Assembly (NCBI GenBank): GCA_034429595.1
Contig: DAOUGB010000089.1
Coordinates: 1,260-65,259 of the forward strand
From: Dehalococcoidales bacterium
GTDB taxonomy: Bacteria > Chloroflexota > Dehalococcoidia > Dehalococcoidales > RBG-16-60-22
DNA: 64,000 bases
Direction: 5' to 3'
Part shown: piece after piece, positions 9,290-18,089 of the stretch
How the letters are laid out: every line of letters starts with the position of its first letter
How positions within the stretch are numbered: position 1 is the stretch's first letter
The notes under the pieces: generated by a model
Databases searched by the model: none
Seen by the model: the letters and a program-made list of their open reading frames with translations, nothing else
What the model was told of the DNA's origin: nothing
Position numbers and translations under genes: made by a program

Positions 9290-10627
9290 ATGGCAACAGC
9301 GAAGAAATGGGAAGAAATGACCTGGCAGGAAAAGCGCGAGGAGCGCTTTAAACGCTGGCTCAATCCAGGCATCAAATTCAATAATAAGGAAGCGGAGAAG
9401 CTTTACAAAGAAAGGACTACCCGCTTCATCAAAGCGATCAAGCTGGAAGAGCCGGACCGCGTGCCGTGTATGCTGCCCTCCGGCTTTTTCCCGGCTTATT
9501 ATGCCGGCTACGACCTCAAGACGGTCATGTACGACTATGATAAGTTAAAGCAGGCTTACCTCAAGTTCGTTGCCGAATTCGATATGGACACCTATACCGG
9601 ACCCAGCCTGGTCTTCCCCGGGCGGGCCCTGGATATTACCGACCACCGTCTGCATAAATGGCCGGGCCACGGCCTGCCGGACAAGACATCGCTTTACCAG
9701 TATGTAGAAAAGGATTATATGAAAGCGGACGAGTATCCCCTGCTGCTCGGCAACGCGGGTGATTTCTGGTGGCGTTATCTTCTCCCGCGCGCCGTGGGGT
9801 CTTTAGAGCCGTTAAGCAAACTGCCGCAGATGAACGGCATGATGGGCGTGCCTTTAAACTTCTACGCGGCGATGGCCGAGCCGGAAGTCGAGGTTGCTTT
9901 CAAGACCATGATCGAGGCCGGGAAAGAGGTCCGGAAGTGGCAGAAAGCGGTAAACGAGATAAATATGGCTACGCTGGCCGCCGGCGTTCCTAACCTGCGC
10001 GGCGGCGGCATGGGCGGCGCGCCATTCGATAACATCGCGGATATGCTGCGGGGCACGCAGGGTATGGTGATGGATATGTACCGCCAGCCGGAAAAGCTGC
10101 ATGAAGCGATGGAAAGAATCGTCCCCAATACCATCAAGGGTGCGGTGGCGGTGGCAGATGCCACTAATTGCCCGCTTTGTTTTATGCCCCTCCACAAGGG
10201 CGATGAGAGCTTTATGTCCCCCAAGCAGTTCGAGACCTTCTACTGGCCTACTTACCGCCGCGTGCTGATGGGGATGATTGAGGAAGGGCTGGTGCCTTAC
10301 CCCTTTGCGGAAGGAAGATACGGCGCACGTCTGGAATTGCTCGCGGAAATGCCGAAGAGCTCGATATTGTGGTCGTTCGAGACTATCGATATGGCGCGGG
10401 CGAAAAAGGTGCTGGGCGGCGTGGCTTGTATCGCCGGGAATGTGCCGGCTTCCGTGCTGTGCACCAAAACACCTGAAGATGTCAAAGAGGCCTGCCGGCA
10501 GTTAATCGAGACCTGCGCGCCGGGCGGCGGCTATATTTTAACCGGGGCGGCCAGCATGAACGAAGGCAATCCGGATAACCTCCGGGCCATGATGGAAGCC
10601 GCCAGAGAATACGGTGTCTATCACTAA
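9290..10627 (+). CDS. URO-D family protein, putative corrinoid-dependent methyltransferase, paralog 7
   Basis: Begins MATAKKWEEMTWQEKREERFKRWL. Conserved paralog blocks are present. Confidence 0.8.
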   Translation: MATAKKWEEMTWQEKREERFKRWLNPGIKFNNKEAEKLYKERTTRFIKAIKLEEPDRVPCMLPSGFFPAYYAGYDLKTVMYDYDKLKQAYLKFVAEFDMDTYTGPSLVFPGRALDITDHRLHKWPGHGLPDKTSLYQYVEKDYMKADEYPLLLGNAGDFWWRYLLPRAVGSLEPLSKLPQMNGMMGVPLNFYAAMAEPEVEVAFKTMIEAGKEVRKWQKAVNEINMATLAAGVPNLRGGGMGGAPFDNIADMLRGTQGMVMDMYRQPEKLHEAMERIVPNTIKGAVAVADATNCPLCFMPLHKGDESFMSPKQFETFYWPTYRRVLMGMIEEGLVPYPFAEGRYGARLELLAEMPKSSILWSFETIDMARAKKVLGGVACIAGNVPASVLCTKTPEDVKEACRQLIETCAPGGGYILTGAASMNEGNPDNLRAMMEAAREYGVYH

Positions 10628-10642
10628 ATTAGGAGAGAGAAA

Positions 10643-11500
10643 ATGGAAACAAAAGTATCGACCCCTACCAAAGAAGTCATTATTTCCTATGACCGGCCGA
10701 CGGTCATCATCGGCGAACGCATCAATCCCACCGGCAAGAAGAAGCTGCAGGAAGCCCTCAAAGCCGGCGACCTTGCCATCGTGAAGAAGGAAGCAATCGA
10801 GCAGGTTGCCGCCGGAGCGACCATCCTCGACTGTAATGTCAATGCGCCGGGCGTCAATGACGTAAAACTGCTGCCCGAGGCAATTAAACTCATCCAGGAT
10901 ACGGTGGATGTCCCCCTCTGCATCGATAGCCCCAACGCTGATGCCCTGGAAGCGGGACTTAAAGTCTACAAGGGCAAGCCGCTGGTCAATTCCATCAGCG
11001 GTGAGAAGGCCCGGCTGGAGCGCGTCCTGCCTTTAATTAAGCACTACGGGGCTGCGGTCATCGGCCTGGCCCAGGACGATGCCGGTATCCCCAAGAGCAC
11101 GGAACGCCGCGTGGATATCACCAAGCGTATCGTTGAAGCCTGCGAGAAGGCGGGCGTGCCCAGGGAAGACCTCGTTATCGATGTGATGACCTATTCCATC
11201 GGCGCCGAGCCCAAGGCCGCCAAAGACGTTCTTAATGCCCTGCGCCAGATACGCCTGGAAATCGGCCTGAACATGACGATGGGCGCTTCTAACATTTCCT
11301 TCGGCATGCCGGACCGTCAGATATTAAACAACGCCTGGATGGCGATGGTCATCGAAGCCGGCGGCACCGCCCTCATCGCCGATGCGGCTAAAGTGATGCC
11401 CGCCGTCCTTTCCGCCGACCTCGTGCTTGGCCGCGACAGGTTTGCCCGGCGCTATCTGGAAGGCTACCGCAAACGTTCCGCGGAACAGCCCCCGAAATAG
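10643..11500 (+). CDS. Pterin-binding (DHPS/MeTr-like) methyltransferase, putative methyl-corrinoid:tetrahydrofolate methyltransferase (MtvA/AcsE-like)
   Basis: 285 aa. Motifs IIGERINPTG, DCNV, LCIDS, LVNSIS and GASNISFG are typical of the pterin-binding TIM barrel of MetH/AcsE-type enzymes. Starts 15 nt after paralog 7, with GGAGAGAG as RBS. Confidence 0.8.
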   Translation: METKVSTPTKEVIISYDRPTVIIGERINPTGKKKLQEALKAGDLAIVKKEAIEQVAAGATILDCNVNAPGVNDVKLLPEAIKLIQDTVDVPLCIDSPNADALEAGLKVYKGKPLVNSISGEKARLERVLPLIKHYGAAVIGLAQDDAGIPKSTERRVDITKRIVEACEKAGVPREDLVIDVMTYSIGAEPKAAKDVLNALRQIRLEIGLNMTMGASNISFGMPDRQILNNAWMAMVIEAGGTALIADAAKVMPAVLSADLVLGRDRFARRYLEGYRKRSAEQPPK

Positions 11501-11537
11501 GCTATAAGCGAAAGGACTAACCGACCTCTCCTCCTGA

Positions 11538-11617
11538 CCCCCTCTCCGCGTACGGAGAGGGGGAGAATGATAACCCCCCCCATAATCCCCCCTTTCCCAC
11601 AAGGGGAGAGAGGGGGT
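11538..11617. repeat. Degenerate relatives of the type-B hairpin element (CCCCCTCTCCG-CGTA-CGGAGAGGGGG, then CCCCCCTTTCCC-ACAA-GGGGAGAGAGGGGG)
   Basis: Two G/C-rich hairpins followed by GAATGATAA, resembling the GGGAGAG..GATGAT core of the type-B copies. Confidence 0.5.
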
Positions 11618-11695
11618 TGATACACACCCCCCACGCTTGACACATTCACCTCTAAAAGCATATACTTAAAATTGCGCCTTGAGAGTGCGCGGCGG

Positions 11696-11770
11696 CGCGG
11701 GGTAGAGCAGTGGTAGCTCGTCGGGCTCATAACCCGGAGGCCGTTGGTTCGAATCCAACCCCCGCTACCA
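11696..11770 (+). tRNA. Initiator tRNA-fMet (anticodon CAT at 11728-11730), CCA encoded
   Basis: CGCGGGG acceptor arm with a C1:U72 mismatch. The GGG/CCC run in the anticodon stem (TCGGGCTCATAACCCGA-like) is present. Near-identical in layout to E. coli tRNA-fMet, with a GGTTCGAATCC T-arm. Confidence 0.9.
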
Positions 11771-11921
11771 ATGAATTTGGGTAACTAGATTACCACAGGT
11801 TAAATCCCCCAAAATAAACCACCTTAAAATGCACCTTCTTCACTTGTTTATGGCAATAGTGTTACCCTAACCATCATCTACGACTAAAATACTGGCATCG
11901 CCTGGGATATTTCCCTTTTCG

Positions 11922-14600
11922 TTACCATTTACCCCATGAGAAGAGCCTGGGGAAAAGATATTTGCGTACTTCTTCCAGCAAAAACAGGCTTAGCCCCGCG
12001 CCGAAAATGATTCCCCAGTCTCTCAACCCTATCGGGGCGGTATGGAACGCTGTTTGGAGGAACGGCACGTAGACAATGGCTACCTGCAATAAAGCTACCA
12101 GGGCAATCGAGAATATGAGTATCTTGTTTTTGAAAAATCCCAGCTTGAAAACGGAGTGTTCATCCGAGCGGGCGTTGAACGCCATACACCAGACGAACGT
12201 ATTCAGCGCACAGAAGGTCATGGTTTCAGCCGCTTCAAGACTCATGCGAGGTTCCGCCCAGCGGAATATGAGGAATGTTCCTATACCAATGAAAAGCGAT
12301 ATCACGACAATTCTCATTATCAAGCCCGGGTAGAGCAGGCCTGAACCCGGCCGGCGCGGGGGTTTATTTAATTCGTCACCTACCTTGGGTTCAAAACCCA
12401 GGGGTATATCGCCGGCTGTATCCGTCGCCAGGTTCACCCATAAAATCTGCACCGCTACCAACGGGGATTGCCCCATGAAAAGGACGCTTAAAATCAGTAC
12501 CATCAGCTCGCCGATGTTGGTACTAAGCATGTAAAAAAGCACGTTCCGCAGGCGGTTGAAAATAGCCCGGCCTTCGTCTACAGCCGCCACCACCGATGCG
12601 AAATTATCGTCCGCCAGGACCATATTACTGGCCTCTTTGGCGACATCCGTGCCTGTAATTCCCATGGCTATACCGATATCGGCTGATTTCAGGGCCGGGG
12701 CATCATTAACGCCGTCCCCGGTCATGGCGACTACATGCCCCCGTTGCTTGAAAGCATTGACGATTCTTAATTTGTGCAGCGGCTCGATGCGGGCGAATAC
12801 CGAGACGTCTTCAATTGTTCCGGTTAAATCGCCATCACTCATTTGCTCCAGTTCCGCCCCGGTGACGGATTTACCCGGAGGCAACTCCAGCTGGCGGGCA
12901 ATCGATTCTGCCGTCGCCTTATTATCACCGGTAATCATGACCACTTTAATGCCGGCCTGTTTGCATTGCCTGATGGCGGCTTTGGCTTCCTCCCGGGGGG
13001 GGTCTTCCATCCCCGCCAGCCCCGCAAAAACCAGCCCGTTTTGTAAAACATCTTGGTTCAACCTGCCGGCACCAGGCGGTAATTCCATGTAGGCCAGGGC
13101 GATGACGCGTAAAGCATCATTTGCCATCTCATTAGCCGCCGACACTATCTTTTGGAAATCAGCCGGTTGGAGAGGGACTGTTTGCCCGTCGTTGCGCCAA
13201 TACTTACTTAAGCGCAGGATTTTTTCGACTGACCCTTTCATACAGGCTAAATGCTTCCCGTTTTCATTGTGCAGCGTTACCATGTACTGGTTTTCGCTTT
13301 CAAACGGGATTTCATCTATCCTGGGGGAGGTGTTCTCAAGCTGGTCTTTGGTGATATCGGCCTTACCGGCGACTACTACCAGGGCGCCCTCGGTGGGGTC
13401 GCCGATAATACCCTCTCCGTTCGCAGACGTTAAGCGGGAATCATTGCATAGCGCCCCGATTTTCAGGATAAGCGTTAGTTGCTCCATATCTTCCCGTGTT
13501 AAAGGCTGGTTATCCTTAAGGAATTTACCTCTGGGTTCATAGCCTTCTCCGGTTACTTGGATAAAACCGCTTCCGTTAAAGAGCCGCCGTACTGTCATCT
13601 GGTTAAGGGTTAAAGTACCGGTTTTATCGGAACATATCACCGTTGCCGATCCCAGGGTCTCTACGGCGAGCAACTTCCGCACGATGGCATTGCGGCGCGC
13701 CATCGCCCGCATGCCGATGGAGAGCACCACCGTCAATACGGCCGGCAGCCCCTCCGGTATGGCGGAAACCGCCGCCGCTATCCCTACCATGAAGATATCC
13801 ATCCACGTCATTCCCTTGAGAAGGCCGATGATGACAAGGAGCGCGACAGCCCCCAGGAAGATAAATACCAGGTAACGGCTTAGCTGGCTGACGTTTTTCT
13901 GCAGAGGCGTGGCTTCCGGTTTAACCTCCTGAATACCCCTGGCAATCTTTCCCATCTCCGTGGACATTCCGGTTTTGACCACCAGCGAGATAGCACGGCC
14001 ATTGGTAACGGTAGTCCCCATGAAAACCATGTTTGCGCGGTCGGCAATCGGCGCGTCACCGGCGATTGCCGAAACATCCTTCTCCACCGGCATGGATTCA
14101 CCGGTAAGGGTAGATTCGTTTATTTTCAAATTAGAGGCTTCTATTAGCCTGGCGTCGGCGGGGATTTTGTCGCCGGCCTCCAGCTGGATGATATCTCCGG
14201 GCACCAGTTCGCCGGCCGGTTTGACCTTGATACCGTTATCGCGCTTTACCTTAGCTTTAGGTGAAGCCAGTTCCAGCAACGCCTGCATGGATTTTTCAGC
14301 CTGGGTTTCCTGGAAATAACCTATCGCGGCATTGAGTATCAGGATACCCAAAATCACCAAGGCATCCGTGTAATGCCCGACCAGAAAGGATATTATCGCG
14401 GCAATCGCCAAAACGTAAATCAGGGGACTCATGAATTGTTTGAGGAACACGATGACAGGGGAAGCTTTCTTTTTAGTCTCTAATTCATTGCGCCCATATT
14501 CCATAAGCCTCCGGTTGGCTGCCTCTTCGGTCAAACCGGAGGGTTTTGACTCCAGTCCTTGCAAGGCTTCATCAATACCAAGGCTATGAAAATTATCCAT
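11922..14600 (-). CDS. Cation-translocating P-type ATPase (P2-type, Ca2+-ATPase-like)
   Basis: 892 aa. Has TGES, the DKTGTLT phosphorylation site and MTGDGVNDAPAL, with multiple TM segments at both ends. Confidence 0.9.
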   Translation of the reverse strand: MDNFHSLGIDEALQGLESKPSGLTEEAANRRLMEYGRNELETKKKASPVIVFLKQFMSPLIYVLAIAAIISFLVGHYTDALVILGILILNAAIGYFQETQAEKSMQALLELASPKAKVKRDNGIKVKPAGELVPGDIIQLEAGDKIPADARLIEASNLKINESTLTGESMPVEKDVSAIAGDAPIADRANMVFMGTTVTNGRAISLVVKTGMSTEMGKIARGIQEVKPEATPLQKNVSQLSRYLVFIFLGAVALLVIIGLLKGMTWMDIFMVGIAAAVSAIPEGLPAVLTVVLSIGMRAMARRNAIVRKLLAVETLGSATVICSDKTGTLTLNQMTVRRLFNGSGFIQVTGEGYEPRGKFLKDNQPLTREDMEQLTLILKIGALCNDSRLTSANGEGIIGDPTEGALVVVAGKADITKDQLENTSPRIDEIPFESENQYMVTLHNENGKHLACMKGSVEKILRLSKYWRNDGQTVPLQPADFQKIVSAANEMANDALRVIALAYMELPPGAGRLNQDVLQNGLVFAGLAGMEDPPREEAKAAIRQCKQAGIKVVMITGDNKATAESIARQLELPPGKSVTGAELEQMSDGDLTGTIEDVSVFARIEPLHKLRIVNAFKQRGHVVAMTGDGVNDAPALKSADIGIAMGITGTDVAKEASNMVLADDNFASVVAAVDEGRAIFNRLRNVLFYMLSTNIGELMVLILSVLFMGQSPLVAVQILWVNLATDTAGDIPLGFEPKVGDELNKPPRRPGSGLLYPGLIMRIVVISLFIGIGTFLIFRWAEPRMSLEAAETMTFCALNTFVWCMAFNARSDEHSVFKLGFFKNKILIFSIALVALLQVAIVYVPFLQTAFHTAPIGLRDWGIIFGAGLSLFLLEEVRKYLFPRLFSWGKW

Positions 14601-14697
14601 TAGCTTATTTCCTTTTTAAAACCGGCTGTAAGCCATAACAGCGTGGTTATCTATCTGTTATATTTAGTCTATTTTACACCGGCATAATTCCATAAAA

Positions 14698-15810
14698 TCA
14701 AATTTCCCCGCTTGCCTTTGGTTTTTCAGTTTGCTTTACGAACAGTAGTATCACGGAAGCGATTAAGGCCAGCGCCAGGCCGTAGATGAATGTCGCTTCC
14801 GGGCTTATCTTGTCCCAGAGCAATCCGGCTATATAGCCGCCGGGTAAGGCCACCAGCCCTATGGCGGTATGGAACGTTCCGATGGCGGTCGCCTTTAAAT
14901 CTTTCGGGGCGAAATCAGCCACGAAAGCCCTTTGCACGCCGTCGAACATGGCGAAAGATATGCCGTAGATGGCGAAAAACGGCAGGATGCCGGCAAGGTC
15001 CGAGGTGTATACCAGTCCCAGAGAGACGATAGCGAATATCAGGTAGCTGGCCATTAAAACCGGTTTTCTGCCGAGCTTATCCGAGAGCATTCCCGCCGGG
15101 ATGGAGGCGATAACATAGACGGCATAGAAAAACACGTAAAGGAGAATGGCCTGTTCGTCCGCCAGCCCGATATTTTTAGCGCGCAGCAGCATGAAGGCGT
15201 AGCCGAAATGCCCCAGGTAAAAGACCGAGGCGGCGGCAATCAGCAGTTTTAAATTATGGGGCAGCGCCCGGAAGCTTATCCGGATGGATGCCTTCTGCCC
15301 CGGCTGTTCAGGTTCTATGGTCTTTTTCTCCCTGACGAATAAGATGCATAATACCGCGATAACGCCGGGAACCGCCGAGAGGAGAAAAATATTTGTGTAA
15401 CCTATCAGCGGCAACAGGGCAAATCCCAGCAGTGCCCCGATGACCGAGCCGATGCCGTCCATCGCCCGGTGGAATCCATAGGCCTTGCCGCGGTAACATC
15501 CCTCTACAGATTCAGCGACGATGGCATCTTTAGGGGCGGTTCTCAACCCTTTGCCGATTCTCTCTACCGAACGGAACAGCACCACCAGCGGCCAGGTATT
15601 GGCCAGGGCGAACAGCGGCTTGGTCACCGTGGAAAAGCCGTAGCCCAGCAGGACGAAAGGTTTCCGTTTCCTGGTTTTATCCGACAGATACCCGGATACG
15701 ACTTTTAACAGGGATGAGACTGTTTCGGCAAAGCCCTCGCAAATGCCGACCGCCGAGGCTCCGGAGTTCAGAACGGTAACCATGTACAGGGGAATCAGGG
15801 GGAAGACCAT
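14698..15810 (-). CDS. MFS transporter
   Basis: About 12 hydrophobic segments and MFS-like loop motifs. The ATG at 15810 probably falls inside TM1: the frame stays open to 15885 but holds no ATG/GTG/TTG, so the real start is uncertain. Confidence 0.75.
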   Translation of the reverse strand: MVFPLIPLYMVTVLNSGASAVGICEGFAETVSSLLKVVSGYLSDKTRKRKPFVLLGYGFSTVTKPLFALANTWPLVVLFRSVERIGKGLRTAPKDAIVAESVEGCYRGKAYGFHRAMDGIGSVIGALLGFALLPLIGYTNIFLLSAVPGVIAVLCILFVREKKTIEPEQPGQKASIRISFRALPHNLKLLIAAASVFYLGHFGYAFMLLRAKNIGLADEQAILLYVFFYAVYVIASIPAGMLSDKLGRKPVLMASYLIFAIVSLGLVYTSDLAGILPFFAIYGISFAMFDGVQRAFVADFAPKDLKATAIGTFHTAIGLVALPGGYIAGLLWDKISPEATFIYGLALALIASVILLFVKQTEKPKASGEI

Positions 15811-15953
15811 CTGGGCGCCGACATCGGTAAACAGGCTGACCAGCCCTAAAACGAATACATTTCTCGTAATCCCTTTAAAAATAGCGGTTTTAGTGTCTTG
15901 CTTAATCGCCGTATCCCCCCGTATTTACTTTGTATTTTTCTTGTTCCGCTAGA

Positions 15954-16817
15954 TTATTTCCCGTTGTAGAAAGCCACGCCAACCAACCCGGGGCCGGTAT
16001 GAGCCCCCATGACCGGCGTGAACTCGGTAACCATTAGCTCGGCGCAGTCGAATGAGGAGGAAATCCGGTTTTTAAGTTCTGCGGCTTTCTCCGGCTCGGC
16101 GGCGTGCATCACTGCCACGTGCAGAGGTAACCCCTTGTCCACCCTGTTTTTCATCATTTCCATCATACGCTTCATAGCGCCCAGATAGGTCCGGGCCCTG
16201 CTCGCCGGATAGGCCTCGCCGTCTTTCAATGTAATGATAGGCTTGATATTAAGCAGCGACCCCGCCCAGGCAACTACCTTAGGGACGCGCCCGCCTCTGG
16301 CCAGGTATTGTAACGTGTCTACTATCGCCAGAAGATGAACGTGCCCCATTACATTTTTGGCGGCGTTTATTACTTCCGTTATCCCTTTGCCCATAGCAGT
16401 AACTTTAGCAGCGGCCAGAACGACGAATCCCTGCGCCGCCGCCGCTGTCTGGCTATCCAGCACCTCTACGGCGACATTTGGAAGCACATCCCCGGCCATT
16501 TTAGCGGCCAGCTTGGCTGAGTTGAAGGTACTGCTGAGCTTGCTGGAGAGGGTGATACACAGAATGCTCGTTGCTTCCCGGCTCATTTCGCGGAAGGCAT
16601 TGAGAAAATGCTCCGGGGATGGGGCCGCGGTGGTAGGGAGTTGTTTGGCTTCTTTAAGCAGGGAATAGAATTCCTCGGCTTTTAAATCTACCCTGTCTTG
16701 ATAAACTTTGTCTCCGAAGATAATCCTTATCGGCACTTCGCGTATGTTATATCTGTTTATCTCTTCTTCGGGGATACAGCCGATGGTGTCAGTAACGATA
16801 GCGACCTTTCTTTTCAT
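15954..16817 (-). CDS. DegV family fatty-acid-binding protein (FakB-like), paralog 1
   Basis: MKRKVAIVTDT..., PTTAAPSP and GRVPK motifs are typical of DegV. Start chosen at ATG 16817 rather than the track start 16871. Confidence 0.85.
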   Translation of the reverse strand: MKRKVAIVTDTIGCIPEEEINRYNIREVPIRIIFGDKVYQDRVDLKAEEFYSLLKEAKQLPTTAAPSPEHFLNAFREMSREATSILCITLSSKLSSTFNSAKLAAKMAGDVLPNVAVEVLDSQTAAAAQGFVVLAAAKVTAMGKGITEVINAAKNVMGHVHLLAIVDTLQYLARGGRVPKVVAWAGSLLNIKPIITLKDGEAYPASRARTYLGAMKRMMEMMKNRVDKGLPLHVAVMHAAEPEKAAELKNRISSSFDCAELMVTEFTPVMGAHTGPGLVGVAFYNGK

Positions 16818-16909
16818 AAATTGCGAAGCCTCCATGATTTTATGAGAACCCAAATGGCACCTGCAAGTCATCAGCGATTGCTCTTCAGCTATTTCACGCT
16901 GCTGAATCC

Positions 16910-17095
16910 TTAAACTTCAATTGAAACATCATATAACCATGATGCTTCGGCTTCTTTTACGGTTTTTACTTCATCCAATGGGACTGTGTAGCCGCAGAGG
17001 AAACAGTGCTCGCACCAGCCTGCCGGGTCATCATAATCAAGATAGACATTTTTACCGCCGCATTTCCGGCAAAATTTCCCTTTGATTATATCCAT
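16910..17095 (-). CDS. Small zinc-ribbon protein (CxxC...CxxC)
   Basis: 61 aa, with CRKCGG ... CEHCFLCG. GGAGG lies upstream. Confidence 0.55.
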   Translation of the reverse strand: MDIIKGKFCRKCGGKNVYLDYDDPAGWCEHCFLCGYTVPLDEVKTVKEAEASWLYDVSIEV

Positions 17096-17199
17096 AGCTA
17101 CCTCCGATATGACTTAAATCTACAGAGTCATTCAGCCTTTTTGCTATATAGTATTTATTGTTCTAATCATTTCCTTGCCAGAAATATTCTACATCATAT

Positions 17200-17227
17200 T
17201 TGATTATGTTACAACATATGTTATAAT
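17200..17227 (+). promoter_or_regulatory. Sigma-70-like promoter (TTGATT-N16-TATAAT) with embedded TATGTT-AC-AACATA palindrome
   Basis: Hexamers at 17200-17205 and 17222-17227, about 33 nt upstream of GTG 17260. Confidence 0.45.
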
Positions 17228-17259
17228 AACAACAGTTGCTATGAAAGGAGAGGTAGAAC

Positions 17260-18054
17260 GTGACGGCTGAAGATAAACGAAGCTGGTTCATCATCATCTA
17301 CAAAATATCGGCCAAGCCATCCACCGCCAGGGTTACTGCCTGGAAAAAAGTAAGGGAATTGGGCTCTCTGCCACTGCAACAATCGGTCTATATTCTTCCT
17401 AAATTGCCAAAATTGAAGGTTGCCTTGAATCGTCTCCAGGAACAAATCCAGCAATTAGGAGGCGAATGCAAGGTCCTTGAGATTGAAGCCTTTGAAGCTA
17501 TTCAGGAAAAGGAAACTATTGCTGAATTCAACAGTTTAAGAAACCAGGAATACAAAGAGATTGCCGAGGAAAGTGCGAAGCTTGTCCTGGAGATAGACCG
17601 TGAAGCTAAAGCCGGTAAGTATAACTTCGCCGAGTCGGAAGATACTGAAAAAAGATTCCTGAAGCTTAAAGAATGGTTTGAGGCGACCAATGGGCGGGAC
17701 TTTTTTGGAGCAGACTTTAAGGGTGAAGCTAATAAAGCCATTAAAGAGTGTAAAAGTGTCGTTGATGCTTTTAACCGGGAGGTTTTTTCCCGTGAGCAAG
17801 CCTCTGAAAAAGATAAGACTCTCGGTATCTCCTTGGTTGTGCCGTTAAAACCGAGCCAAACGGAGATTGAAAAGCAGTTTTATACCAAGGAAGAGCTATT
17901 AGCCAGGTTTAAGGATTTTGTCTCAAATCTGGAGAATAATATCTTGAAGATTGGCAATGAGGAAATAAGTATTATTCCGGAATCTACCATTATGGAACTG
18001 AAATACAAAACTCGCCGGGGTAAAAATTCTATCATTATTGAAATAGAGTATTAG
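17260..18054 (+). CDS. ChrB N-terminal-domain-like protein
   Basis: N-terminus SWFIIIYKISAKPSTARVTAWKKVRELGSLPLQQSVYILP matches the ChrB_N pattern (W..L.Y.LP.EPS.ARV..WR.L...GA). GTG start after AAAGGAGAGG. The gene is AT-rich. Confidence 0.55.
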   Translation: MTAEDKRSWFIIIYKISAKPSTARVTAWKKVRELGSLPLQQSVYILPKLPKLKVALNRLQEQIQQLGGECKVLEIEAFEAIQEKETIAEFNSLRNQEYKEIAEESAKLVLEIDREAKAGKYNFAESEDTEKRFLKLKEWFEATNGRDFFGADFKGEANKAIKECKSVVDAFNREVFSREQASEKDKTLGISLVVPLKPSQTEIEKQFYTKEELLARFKDFVSNLENNILKIGNEEISIIPESTIMELKYKTRRGKNSIIIEIEY

Positions 18055-18089
18055 TGCTCCCAGTCAGTTTGCTGCCGAGGTGATAAACT

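Noticed and set aside
11324-11730. ORFs 11324..11602(-) and 11464..11730(-), which span the hairpin repeats and the tRNA-fMet.
   Set aside because: They run through repeat hairpins and a tRNA gene. They are products of palindromic repeat sequence, not genes.
1-11921. Corrinoid (B12-binding) protein and reductive activase expected next to the methyltransferase array.
   Set aside because: No ORF with a DxHxxG/B12-binding pattern or an activase-like ATPase is present in this part of the window. They may lie upstream of base 1, so their absence is noted but not interpreted.
14698-15885. Longer N-terminus for the MFS transporter.
   Set aside because: The frame is open upstream of ATG 15810 back to a stop at 15886-15888, and the extra residues (..ITRNVFVLGLVSLFTDVGAQ) look like genuine MFS TM1. 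No ATG/GTG/TTG lies in that stretch, only an ATT. I could not decide between a rare start codon, an error or truncation, so I kept the ATG coordinates.
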